Assembly (NCBI GenBank): GCA_000830295.1
Contig: CP010425.1
Location: 800,001-864,000, forward strand
Reading direction: 5' to 3'
Length of the DNA: 64,000 nucleotides
Origin: an archaeon GW2011_AR15
GTDB taxonomy: Archaea; Nanobdellota; Nanobdellia; Woesearchaeales; GW2011-AR15
Every line of letters starts with the position of its first letter. Positions within the stretch are counted from its first letter, which is position 1. Below the pieces are notes generated by a model. The model was not told the DNA's origin and made no database searches. It was given only the letters and a program-made list of their open reading frames with translations. A program made the translations under genes and the position numbers. Of this stretch, positions 37,950 to 47,406 are shown in pieces.

Positions 37950-38756
37950 TTACATATAGCCGAGGCTTCTCAGTTTCTGCATATTATATTCTTTCTCTGT
38001 GTCCCTGCCCTGCCTTTCTGAGTTTCTGTCTTTGTCTATCTCCTTTATTATTTTGTCGATTGTATCTGCTCTGGATTTTACAGGGGAAGAGCAGCATTTG
38101 CAGCCGATGCTCCTGAACCTTTTCCCGTCTTTGGCAAAATACAGATTCACGACAGGGATATTCTCTTTTTTTATGTATTGCCAGATATCCAGCTCTGTCC
38201 AGTGGAGTAAAGGGTGTATCCTCACATGGTTGGAGTCTTTGAATTCTGTTGCATATATATCCCATCCTGACAGTTCTGCATCCTGAGCTGAGCCTATGCC
38301 TGCTTCATTCTTCTCTTCTTTCGTGACATTCCACCTGAATTCCCTGTCTCTTGGGGAGAAATATCTTTCCATGCCCCTTATTGAATTCTCGTCTCTCCTT
38401 ATGCCTACTATAACTGCATCGAATTTGTGCTTTTCAATCTCCTTTTTCAGTATCTCGGTTTTTCTTGACGTGCATGTTTTTTCTTTGAACTTTTCTTCGC
38501 TTTTCCCGACCACCAGGTCAAGTTTCCACTCTTTTGCAATCCTGTCCCTGAATTCATATGTTTCCTCATACTCTGTTTCAGTATCTATGTGCAGGACTTT
38601 GAAGGGGATCTCGTCGTAGAATGCTTTTCTGCAGAGATACAGCAATGTAGTGGAATCTTTCCCTATGCTCCACAGCACAACAGGGTTCTTAAATCTCTTC
38701 TTTACTTCCCGGAGTATGAAGATTGATTTGCTTTCTAAATCCTTCAAATTTGCCAT
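37950..38756 (-). CDS. cysD: Sulfate adenylyltransferase subunit 2 (PAPS reductase family)
   Basis: LESKSIFILRE, WSIGKDS, GIRRDE..R..ERYFSPR, RIHPLLHWTE, FRSIGC. Confidence 0.88.
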   Translation of the reverse strand: MANLKDLESKSIFILREVKKRFKNPVVLWSIGKDSTTLLYLCRKAFYDEIPFKVLHIDTETEYEETYEFRDRIAKEWKLDLVVGKSEEKFKEKTCTSRKTEILKKEIEKHKFDAVIVGIRRDENSIRGMERYFSPRDREFRWNVTKEEKNEAGIGSAQDAELSGWDIYATEFKDSNHVRIHPLLHWTELDIWQYIKKENIPVVNLYFAKDGKRFRSIGCKCCSSPVKSRADTIDKIIKEIDKDRNSERQGRDTEKEYNMQKLRSLGYM

Positions 38757-38802
38757 TGGATAAATTATTCTATATCTGGTTTATCAATCTTTCTTTTTGA
38801 TT

Positions 38803-40089
38803 TTAAATGAGATATCCAAGGGAGAGAATTCTTTTTCTGATCTCATCACTTACATCATGCTCCCTTTCCGCAATTCCTATCTTTTCCCTGAGTTTGTCAT
38901 TCCTCTGCAAAAACTTGAGGTATTCATCTTCAAATCTTTTGCCCGGATACAGCAGGCTATTTTTTTCAAGAGGGTCATTGGAAAGGTTGTAGTATTCAAA
39001 GTAATCGGGCCTTAATATATATTTTTCAGTTTCAGTCCTTATCGAGATTCCGCCCCTTGTTTCTGTAAAGAGAAATTCATGGAGCCTGTCTTTTTTTCCT
39101 GCAATTAAATCATATGTGCTTTTTCCCTGGAATGTTTTTGGCAACCTGTATCCGAGCGTATGCAGTATTGTTGGTGCGATATCCAGGGACTGGACCTGGG
39201 CAGTGATTCTTTTTACATTTACATCAACTTCTTCAGGAAACCTTATTATCATGGGGACTTTGATTATCTCCTCATACGGGTCGCCAAGCCCGTGGCCTAT
39301 TTTTCCGTGCTCCAGGAATTCTTCCCCATGGTCTGATGTGAAAATTAGTATTGTATTGTCCAGAAGTTCAAGTTCTTCCAGCTTACTATATAACCTTCCA
39401 ATATACTGGTCATATTCATGCAGCTCAGAATCATAGGCGTTTTTTATTATTTCAACATCACTTTCATTTAATATGCTGAATTCCTCTTCCTCCCACAAAT
39501 CAAAATCAGGCTTGCTCATGTTTAGTATCTTGCTCGGCTGGTTGTATACATGAGTGTCATATGAATGTATGAAAAGGAAAAACCTCCTGTCTTTCACTTC
39601 CTCAAGATGCTTTATCAGCTTTGGGTAAAAATCAGAAAAGGACTGCCCTTCTTCATCATCAAAGAAATCAAATCCTTGGTCGTATCCGAAGTCCCTGCTG
39701 ACAAAAACATCCCCGGTATAGCCGAAGGTGTAGTATCCCTTTCCCCGCAGGAACTTCTGTATTGTCATTGTGTTCGGGTTTATGAAATTGTCAACTGAGA
39801 GGACGCCGTGTGCTGAGCCGTATAAAGAAGCCAGCATGCTCACATGCGAAGGCAGGGTCCAGTCATAATTCACAAAGGCATTCTCGAACAATACGCCTTT
39901 TTCAGCCAGCCTGTCTATGTTTGGGGTCACATTGCTGTTTCCATAGGCTCCAAGACGGTCTGCCCTTAGGGTATCCTCGGATATCAGGATTACATTATAC
40001 TCCTTTGGCTTTTGGATTACATCTGCAATTACAGTTATAGAGATTACGACAGTTATAAGCAGGAAAAAGAAAATCAGGACTTTTTTCAT
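38803..40089 (-). CDS. Sulfatase-like (alkaline phosphatase superfamily) membrane-anchored enzyme
   Basis: DTLRADRLG, WTLPSH, HSYDTH, FTSDHGEEF, C-terminal RILSLGYL. Confidence 0.85.
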   Translation of the reverse strand: MKKVLIFFFLLITVVISITVIADVIQKPKEYNVILISEDTLRADRLGAYGNSNVTPNIDRLAEKGVLFENAFVNYDWTLPSHVSMLASLYGSAHGVLSVDNFINPNTMTIQKFLRGKGYYTFGYTGDVFVSRDFGYDQGFDFFDDEEGQSFSDFYPKLIKHLEEVKDRRFFLFIHSYDTHVYNQPSKILNMSKPDFDLWEEEEFSILNESDVEIIKNAYDSELHEYDQYIGRLYSKLEELELLDNTILIFTSDHGEEFLEHGKIGHGLGDPYEEIIKVPMIIRFPEEVDVNVKRITAQVQSLDIAPTILHTLGYRLPKTFQGKSTYDLIAGKKDRLHEFLFTETRGGISIRTETEKYILRPDYFEYYNLSNDPLEKNSLLYPGKRFEDEYLKFLQRNDKLREKIGIAEREHDVSDEIRKRILSLGYLI

Positions 40090-41990
40090 TTTAAGAGAGG
40101 CTTGCCGTCAATCTGCTCTGGCATACTTATATTCAGGAAATTCAGCACCGTCGGCGCAATGTCAACAAGGCTGGCTGAGTCCTGATTGATCTGTTTATTT
40201 GAAAACAAGACACCAGGCACAAATGTCGGGTCTATAAGATGGTCTCCCTGCCATTTTTTTGTGTTGTCAAGTATTGCATTCCTCGTGAATCCGCCGATTG
40301 CGGACTGCCATTCCATCCTGTATCCCGGATTGAAGCCTATTATGAGGTCAGGGGCATTCTCAAGCGAGTCTCCGGAATAGATGTCTCCTCTCCTGTAAAC
40401 CTTATTTATAACTTTCCTTCCTGTTTTTGGGTCTGTCAGATTTTCAAGCTTTTCAATTATCTCATTTTCCACTGCCTCTTTATCATCTATGCTTACTGTC
40501 CCGTGCTTTTCCCTTCCTTCAAGATTTATGTATATGCTGGAGAAGCCGACAGAATATGCTTTTGTCTCATCCCATATCACATACTCAAACAGGCTGTCTT
40601 CCACACCCTGCTTTATTACTGTGTTAAGCTTCATGAATCCGTTCTGGGAAAGCCAGGTGTTTATGTTGACAGCGCGCTCAAATGAGCTGAATCCGTGGTC
40701 TGAAAAAATCAGGACCATGGTGTCATTGCCTACTTCTTTCATTATCTTGCCAAGCAGCTCGTCTTTCCTCATATAGTAGCCTGTGAGGACCTCATTCATG
40801 ACAATCTCATCAGAGATGTTGGTCAGCACTTTGTTGTCCCAGAAAAGATGCTGCAGCCTGTCAGATGAATCAAATGCAAATGCCAGCACACCGGTTTCCT
40901 TCTCCTTGAATTCATTGAATTCTTTCCAGAACATGGCTTCCCTTTCCTTTTCTATTTCATAGACCTGGCTGAGGAATGCTTTTTCATCTAGGAAGCCGTT
41001 TACATATCCATCGGTTTCTTCAGGCATCCCTAAAGTGTAATACAGCCCGAGCTCATCTGCCAGCTCCTTTGCATAACCTTTGGGTGAAGAAATATCAACA
41101 ATGGGGTTTGTCGGGTCAATCTGGACTGTTGTTATGTACATCTGGAAGGGTTCAGTGCTTATCAGGTATGCCTTGAACATGCCGTGCACACTCCTGAGGA
41201 AACCGGCATCAAACTTCACTTTTACCCAGTCGCTCCATTTCTCCCTGTCCAGCTGGTACTCCCTTCCGTCTATGGTTAGTATGGCAGAATATTCGTCTGT
41301 TATTTCAATATCCATGCCTTCTTTTACGTCCTCTATTTTGCTGAATTTCCTGACTTTTGGGCCGAGGACATTGGTGTGAATTGACGAGCCTTCTTTTGTT
41401 ACATGTATTACTTTCTGCTTGTCTATATCTTCTTCTGTGTAGAAAGCATAGCCGCTCAGGAACCCCTTTATGTCAGGGACTCCAAGGCCCGAGAACAGGT
41501 TTCCATTAACCTTTTCAGGCGGAAAAGTTGCAGGCCACCTTATTACTGAAGTCGGAATTCCTGCCTTGCTTGTAAGTTCCCAGAAAGGGGTTGCCCTTAT
41601 CAGAGAGGCATAGCTTCCTCCGAATCCTTTCTGGCTTGTTATTGAAAGCTCAGGGAGGTAGGTCTGCGGATCCCTTATTATGAAATCAAACATATTGTGC
41701 TTCCCAGGATTTGTCCCTGTGGAGATTGAAGTCCAGGCAACAGGGCTTTCAGGAGGATTGCTTGTTTCAAGCTTCAGGAATGCACCTGTTTCAGCCAGTT
41801 TCTTGAAATTTGGAAGTTTTCCTTCTGCCATAAGCTTGGCAGTTGCCTTATAATCCATGGCATCTATCCCAATAAGAAGAACCTTGCCTTTTGGACTGAT
41901 TTTATCTCCCCCCTTTGAAAGCGCAAATATGAAATACAGGATAACTACAATAACCACGACGTTAATAAACCTTTTTAATGCCTTATTCAT
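40086..41990 (-). CDS. Type I phosphodiesterase/nucleotide pyrophosphatase family protein
   Basis: IGIDAMD, PPESPVAWTSISTGTNPGKH, DRLQH, SDHGF, GDH, DIAPT. Confidence 0.85.
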   Translation of the reverse strand: MNKALKRFINVVVIVVILYFIFALSKGGDKISPKGKVLLIGIDAMDYKATAKLMAEGKLPNFKKLAETGAFLKLETSNPPESPVAWTSISTGTNPGKHNMFDFIIRDPQTYLPELSITSQKGFGGSYASLIRATPFWELTSKAGIPTSVIRWPATFPPEKVNGNLFSGLGVPDIKGFLSGYAFYTEEDIDKQKVIHVTKEGSSIHTNVLGPKVRKFSKIEDVKEGMDIEITDEYSAILTIDGREYQLDREKWSDWVKVKFDAGFLRSVHGMFKAYLISTEPFQMYITTVQIDPTNPIVDISSPKGYAKELADELGLYYTLGMPEETDGYVNGFLDEKAFLSQVYEIEKEREAMFWKEFNEFKEKETGVLAFAFDSSDRLQHLFWDNKVLTNISDEIVMNEVLTGYYMRKDELLGKIMKEVGNDTMVLIFSDHGFSSFERAVNINTWLSQNGFMKLNTVIKQGVEDSLFEYVIWDETKAYSVGFSSIYINLEGREKHGTVSIDDKEAVENEIIEKLENLTDPKTGRKVINKVYRRGDIYSGDSLENAPDLIIGFNPGYRMEWQSAIGGFTRNAILDNTKKWQGDHLIDPTFVPGVLFSNKQINQDSASLVDIAPTVLNFLNISMPEQIDGKPLLK

Positions 41991-42181
41991 TTTTTGCTGT
42001 TCTTCAGTCTCTTTATTATGTTTTTTACAGGGTTTATTATCAGGAAGGCTATGACTGCCCCCAGAACAGCCACAATCGTCTGCCAGAAAGAGCCGATTAT
42101 AATCCCGCCGGTTCCCGGGTCAATGTATGCGTAGCTACTGTGAACTAACAATATGAAAATCACTAAATATGTCCCCCACAT
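41987..42181 (-). CDS. Small membrane protein with an AYIDPGTG motif
   Basis: Signal-like N-terminus (SYA/YIDPGTG), TM helix, basic tail; stop overlaps the next gene's start. Confidence 0.75.
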   Translation of the reverse strand: MWGTYLVIFILLVHSSYAYIDPGTGGIIIGSFWQTIVAVLGAVIAFLIINPVKNIIKRLKNSKK

Positions 42182-42268
42182 TTGTATTTAAGTTACCCGA
42201 GGAGTATTTAAACGTTTTGATTGGTTTTGATGAAAGAATATTTAAAGAGAGAAAATTTAGTTTGTGAA

Positions 42269-43498
42269 ATGGAATTCAAGAAAGAAATATTACTTTTCCT
42301 TATTTTTATACAAATTGTTGCAGTTTTATTTCTTGGATTTAATATGGTAAAAGACACTTATTTATCAAATAATTCTTATAAATGTAAAGAATGCAATATA
42401 GTACTCATAATTATAGATACAGTGAGAGCAGATCACATTAGCTTTTATGGTTACCATAAAAATACAACACCTAACTTAGATAGTCTCGCAAAGAAAGGAG
42501 TTTTTTTTAACCAGGCAATTAGCCAGGGGTCCTGGACAGCGACATCAGTACCTTCTTTAATTACCTCCAGATACCCTTCGACAATCGAGGTTTACCTATT
42601 TTCAGATACGAATATATTAGCAAGAGAGATACCAACTCTCCCAAAGGTATTGCAAAAAAAAGGTTATAGAACAGCGTTTATCAGTTCTCACCCACTTCTG
42701 TTTGTAGAAGAGGTAGGTATGTTTGAAACATTCATAAAATCCGATGGTGCTAAGGCAGATAACTTAACAAACGAGGCAATTCAATGGATCAGAGAAAATG
42801 GTGAAGATAGATTTTTTCTACAACTACATTATATGGATGTGCATGATATTCCTTTCTTTGGTAATCAAACTACCTTGGAAGAAGGCATCTCAATGTATGA
42901 TGAAGCACTTACATTTACCGATTCAAACATAAACAGACTTATAGAAGAACTTAATAAACTAGGCATAGAAGATAAAACGATTATAGTTTTTACATCAGAC
43001 CATGGAGAGGGGATAAATGACCACGAACAACTGTTTGAACATAGTGCATACTTGTATGATTATTTAATAAATGTTCCACTAATAATCTACAATCCAAAAG
43101 CAAAAATTACAGGATACAACGTAGATTGTCAAGTTCAGCTTGTGGATATTGTTCCAACCATGTTAAATATTCTAGGAGTAAAAGAACAAGAGTCATTTCA
43201 AGGTAAAAACTTATTCCAATACACTCAATTTGATGTTTGTACAGACTCTTCAATTAGTGAGCACATACAATTTGAGTTTTATCCTGATGATGCAATATAC
43301 CTTTATGAACTTAAATCGTTTAGGGTTGGTAAGTGGCATCTAATACAAAACCTTAGCTCAGAAAAAGAACCATTTGAATTGTATAATCTAGAAGAAGATG
43401 CCAGAGAATTAAATAACCTTATAGATAATTATACAGAGCTTAAACCAGAGTTAAATACTGAAATAATAAAAAGAATAGAGAACAGAACTTTAATCTAG
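42269..43498 (+). CDS. Sulfatase-like enzyme (AT-rich gene)
   Basis: DTVRADH, WTATSVPSLITSRYP, HYMDVH, TSDHGE, ELYNLEED; ATG at 42269 preferred. Confidence 0.82.
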   Translation: MEFKKEILLFLIFIQIVAVLFLGFNMVKDTYLSNNSYKCKECNIVLIIIDTVRADHISFYGYHKNTTPNLDSLAKKGVFFNQAISQGSWTATSVPSLITSRYPSTIEVYLFSDTNILAREIPTLPKVLQKKGYRTAFISSHPLLFVEEVGMFETFIKSDGAKADNLTNEAIQWIRENGEDRFFLQLHYMDVHDIPFFGNQTTLEEGISMYDEALTFTDSNINRLIEELNKLGIEDKTIIVFTSDHGEGINDHEQLFEHSAYLYDYLINVPLIIYNPKAKITGYNVDCQVQLVDIVPTMLNILGVKEQESFQGKNLFQYTQFDVCTDSSISEHIQFEFYPDDAIYLYELKSFRVGKWHLIQNLSSEKEPFELYNLEEDARELNNLIDNYTELKPELNTEIIKRIENRTLI

Positions 43499-44665
43499 GT
43501 TTTTTACTAACTCATAATTCTCCTTATTCTCCATCAGATTATCACATGTTTTGAGGCAGCCGACTTTTTCCACAAACCCAGGGTGTTCCTTTAGATTAAC
43601 TCCTATCTGCCTGAACATCTTCTGCTTCTGTCCGTTCCAGATATCTCTGAATCTTTGTCTATTAATGTTTCCAGTAGCCACCATAACTCCACGGCAGCAC
43701 GGCGCAACATCTCCGTTTGCCATTATCCTTGAGAAAGTCCAGCCGACGGTGCAAGGAACCTTGTATATGATGTTGCTGTCGTATCTGCCTGTTGTCACTG
43801 TACTGTTCGAGATCCTTCTCAGAAAATTATCCGGGTTGTCGATTTTTAGATCCCCATAGTGACCTTTATGGTATTTTTCATAAATCCTTGCAAAGCTCTT
43901 TTTCAGCTCTTCCTGCTGTTTTTTGTTTAAAAGAAGAGAATCTGTCTCTCCGTCAATAGGATCAACCATCGTAAGGTAGACTTCACTTGCCTTGACTTCT
44001 CTGGCAAGCTCTATCATTTTTTCTATCTCTTTATAATTCAGGTTTGATATAACATTGGCAATAACAACTTTTGTTTTCCTGTTTATTGTACTGAAATACA
44101 TCAAATTCCCCTTAATCCTGCTGAATGCTTCTTCTGTCTGGTTGGGATGTGTTTTCGCGTATGTTTTGGGAGTGGCTGCCCAGAGGCTTACAGTAAGATT
44201 ATCCACCCCGTATTCTACTAATGTATCCAGTTTCTTTTTGTTCATTAAGGAGAAGTTGGTTGTTATATCAAGCCTGATTCCCCTGCTCTTTATCAGCTTT
44301 ACAATCTCCATTATTTGAGGGTGTATGAAGGGCTCGCCGCCCCCCGTCAGCCGAATTTCCTCTGTTTTTAGCTCTTTCAGGTCTTCTACAAGCTGCTTTA
44401 TTGTCTCAAACGGAAGCTGCTGCCTGAACCATTCTTCTTCAGGCTTTTTTTTGTTTAACATAGGAGAATAAGTCCAGCAGGCAATGCAGTTGAGGTTGCA
44501 CTTGTTTGTTATGTCTATTACAACATATTTTGGGCCAAGAGAGGCATTAAATTTCCTGTTTTTTATCTCGCTTATTCTAATACTGGCATGATTTTTTTCA
44601 TTTGCTAAATTCCTTTTAAACAGCTTTAGCTGCGATTCCAGATAAGATACCATAGATAAATACAA
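43490..44665 (-). CDS. Radical SAM SPASM/twitch protein
   Basis: CNLNCIAC, TGGGEP, SLWAATPKTYAKTHPNQTE, CTVGW...GDVAPCC. Confidence 0.92.
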   Translation of the reverse strand: MYLSMVSYLESQLKLFKRNLANEKNHASIRISEIKNRKFNASLGPKYVVIDITNKCNLNCIACWTYSPMLNKKKPEEEWFRQQLPFETIKQLVEDLKELKTEEIRLTGGGEPFIHPQIMEIVKLIKSRGIRLDITTNFSLMNKKKLDTLVEYGVDNLTVSLWAATPKTYAKTHPNQTEEAFSRIKGNLMYFSTINRKTKVVIANVISNLNYKEIEKMIELAREVKASEVYLTMVDPIDGETDSLLLNKKQQEELKKSFARIYEKYHKGHYGDLKIDNPDNFLRRISNSTVTTGRYDSNIIYKVPCTVGWTFSRIMANGDVAPCCRGVMVATGNINRQRFRDIWNGQKQKMFRQIGVNLKEHPGFVEKVGCLKTCDNLMENKENYELVKNLD

Positions 44666-44728
44666 TATTTGAAGATATTTAAATGTAAGTTACCAAGACT
44701 AATCGTAACTATGAAATAGTAACAAAAG

Positions 44729-44743
44729 CGAAAGATTTATATA
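44729..44743 (+). promoter_or_regulatory. BRE/TATA promoter of 44766..45899
   Basis: CGAAAGATTTATATA ending about 23 nt before the ATG. Confidence 0.55.
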
Positions 44744-44765
44744 GGAGTAGGAAATTAATATCTTC

Positions 44766-45899
44766 ATGAGTCTGGCAAATATTGTCAATAAAACGCTCTT
44801 GCTTGGAGTAGGGTTATCATTACTAGTGAATGCAGCATGTTCGCCTGTTCAGGCACAGAATAACCCAAGCGCTACAGAGACAAGACCTGCAGTCACAGCC
44901 ACATACACTCCAACAGCTATCCCTACAAACACAGCTACAGCCACGCCTGAGCCAATTTATCAGGAAGTACAGGGCGTTAGGGTGCCTACAAATGTAACTA
45001 TAGAAGAAGGTATTCCAATGATGATACAGGGAGAAGAGAAATTAATCAATTATTTCTGGTATGGGGAAGCAGGACAGAATTTTTCAAGAGACTTAGAGCT
45101 AAGCGGAAATGTGTATGTTATTGGAGATGTCAATGCGCAGAATGTAACTTGTGTGAATAGCCCACAGGTTTATGTTGATGCTAATCATGATGTACAGGAC
45201 CTCTATGCGCATTATGGAGAAGCACACCAAAGGTCAGGAATAAACAATGAATACGAAATCTTAGAAGGAGTTCATAGAGGAGAACCTTTTTATGATGAAG
45301 AAAACAAAATATCTATGACTTTTAATGGGTTTCTTGATTGTATAGGGATTAACCAAGAATATCCAGTTTTACTAACATCAGATGCAGCTGAGCCTACAAG
45401 ATGGGACTGGAACTTTTTTCAATATAAAGGGATAATACAAAATGCGATTATTGAGTATGGCAGATCTGTTGAACCAGGAGATAACACCGAAATAAGTTAT
45501 AGTATAATTAGACACATGGGCGGAGGATCTATAGTTACATGGCATAATAAAAATGTTGTTATTAAGAATAACACACTCTACGATACTAACCATGAGCTAA
45601 TAGATATCCATCATTCAGATGTAGAGATTATAGAAAACGATATAGGGCCAGCAGTTAATGGCACTATAATGCGACCAGGCATAATTTTAGATTTAGAAGA
45701 AGACGGATTTGTTACAATCTATGGGAATAAGATACATGATAATGGAATAGGGATATTTTTTCTCAGTCAACCTAGAGAGGTCCCAGACATTAGTGGAAAT
45801 ACTTTTTATAATAATTTAACTGATTTAGAGTATGAAGAGAATGGAATTATCCTTAATGAATTTTTAGAGGAGTGGATTACATCAAACTATTTTGAATAG
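44766..45899 (+). CDS. Secreted or lipoprotein-like protein with a Pro/Thr linker and right-handed beta-helix domain
   Basis: LLVNAAC lipobox-like motif, TATYTPTAIPTNTATATPEP linker, IKNN/IENDI/IYGNKIHDN/ISGNTFYNN beta-helix repeats. Confidence 0.72.
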   Translation: MSLANIVNKTLLLGVGLSLLVNAACSPVQAQNNPSATETRPAVTATYTPTAIPTNTATATPEPIYQEVQGVRVPTNVTIEEGIPMMIQGEEKLINYFWYGEAGQNFSRDLELSGNVYVIGDVNAQNVTCVNSPQVYVDANHDVQDLYAHYGEAHQRSGINNEYEILEGVHRGEPFYDEENKISMTFNGFLDCIGINQEYPVLLTSDAAEPTRWDWNFFQYKGIIQNAIIEYGRSVEPGDNTEISYSIIRHMGGGSIVTWHNKNVVIKNNTLYDTNHELIDIHHSDVEIIENDIGPAVNGTIMRPGIILDLEEDGFVTIYGNKIHDNGIGIFFLSQPREVPDISGNTFYNNLTDLEYEENGIILNEFLEEWITSNYFE

Positions 45900-45921
45900 A
45901 AACTTAGTAAATCTTCTGATA

Positions 45922-47382
45922 TTATTTGTATAAATAATTCATTGCATGCCTCAACGTATACCCCAACCCATGCTCCCTCAAACAATCAAAGAACAGTTTA
46001 ACAGGCGTTTTATTCTTGTATCTCTGCTGCTTAATCTTGTGGTCATGCCATCTGCTATAGGCGTATCTCTGCGCTCTGGTTAAATCCTCAGAACTCAGTG
46101 TTTCAGTCCTTATGACGCTCATTGTGTTGCCGTCATAGTTTGAGAAATTTTCATTCACGATCATTCCCTGCTTTTTGAGCATATCATAAAACTTAGTGCC
46201 GGGGAAAGGTGTCATTATAGAGAACTGGACTGATTCAGGGTCAATGAAAAGAGCATAATTAACAGTCTGGTTAATTGTTTCTCTTGTTTCTCCTGGTAGG
46301 CCAAGAGTAAATGTGAGGTGCATCTTTATTCCCAGCTTTTTTGTAAGCTGCATGTTCCTTGTAGCAACTTTTAGATTAAGATTCTTTTCAGCAGCATCCA
46401 CAATCTCCTGAACACCGGATTCAACTCCATATTTGACAGCAGCCAACCCTACTTCTTTTAATCTTACAAGAATTTCTTCATCTACTATATCTGAGCGGCC
46501 CATGAATGCCCATGGAGTGTTCCAGTTCCTTTTCTTCAGCTCATCAGCGAGCTCAAGCATTCTTTTTTTCCCAATATTAAAGGTATCGTCGTCAAAATAG
46601 ACTGATTTAAAGCCAAGCTTTTTGACACAATATTCCATTTCGTCTACAACTTCTTTTACATTCCTTGCCCTGTAATTCCTGCCGCTGTAGACAAGCTGAG
46701 GCCAGACGCAGAAAGTGCAAAGATAAGGGCATCCCCTTGTAGCTATCATCTGGACGCTTGGGAAAGGTATGCCACCTGGACAGTCATGGTATTTGTAAAT
46801 TGGGAAGTCAACCCTGTCAGGCCATGGATATTCTTCTAATGGCTTTCTTTCTGTTCTTCTTTCATTCACGACAATTTTATTCTTATTCCTGAAAACCAGG
46901 CCAGGTATCTTATTAAGGGGTTTTTTGTTTTCCAGGTTCTGGACCAGTTCAAGCAGAGTAAACTCATATTCTCCTACAAGGGCAAAATCAATATTAGGGT
47001 TTTCTTCCATGAATTTTTCATTAAAGATATCCATATCAGGGCCGGCAATCGCAATCTTGCACACGGAAAAAGCTTTTATCTGCTCTATCAGCTCTAAATC
47101 ATGCTTTAGGGAGGGAGTTGAAACCTCAACAAACAGCACATCAGGGTCAAATATCTTTAATTGCCTGAAAAATTCAGCATAACTCATATTATCTGCAATT
47201 GCATCAATGGCTTTTACATTAACATTGTGTTTTTTTAATAAAGAAGTTGAATAGGCCAGGAAAAAAGGAAAAGGAAGATATCCTTCTTCTTCAGTTATCT
47301 TTAGATGGGGCCACCTGCTGCCTGCCCTGACACCCTGTCTACCCCCCACAGTCCATGGCATATTTGCCAGTAGGATTTTCAT
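45922..47382 (-). CDS. Cobalamin-binding radical SAM protein with an HpnJ-like N-terminus
   Basis: GVRAGSRWPH...PFPFFLAY, GEYE, TRGCPYLCTFC, FDDDTF, GLPGET, PFPGT. Confidence 0.9.
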   Translation of the reverse strand: MKILLANMPWTVGGRQGVRAGSRWPHLKITEEEGYLPFPFFLAYSTSLLKKHNVNVKAIDAIADNMSYAEFFRQLKIFDPDVLFVEVSTPSLKHDLELIEQIKAFSVCKIAIAGPDMDIFNEKFMEENPNIDFALVGEYEFTLLELVQNLENKKPLNKIPGLVFRNKNKIVVNERRTERKPLEEYPWPDRVDFPIYKYHDCPGGIPFPSVQMIATRGCPYLCTFCVWPQLVYSGRNYRARNVKEVVDEMEYCVKKLGFKSVYFDDDTFNIGKKRMLELADELKKRNWNTPWAFMGRSDIVDEEILVRLKEVGLAAVKYGVESGVQEIVDAAEKNLNLKVATRNMQLTKKLGIKMHLTFTLGLPGETRETINQTVNYALFIDPESVQFSIMTPFPGTKFYDMLKKQGMIVNENFSNYDGNTMSVIRTETLSSEDLTRAQRYAYSRWHDHKIKQQRYKNKTPVKLFFDCLREHGLGYTLRHAMNYLYK

Positions 47383-47406
47383 AGAGGTAGTGAAAGAGAG
47401 AGAGTT

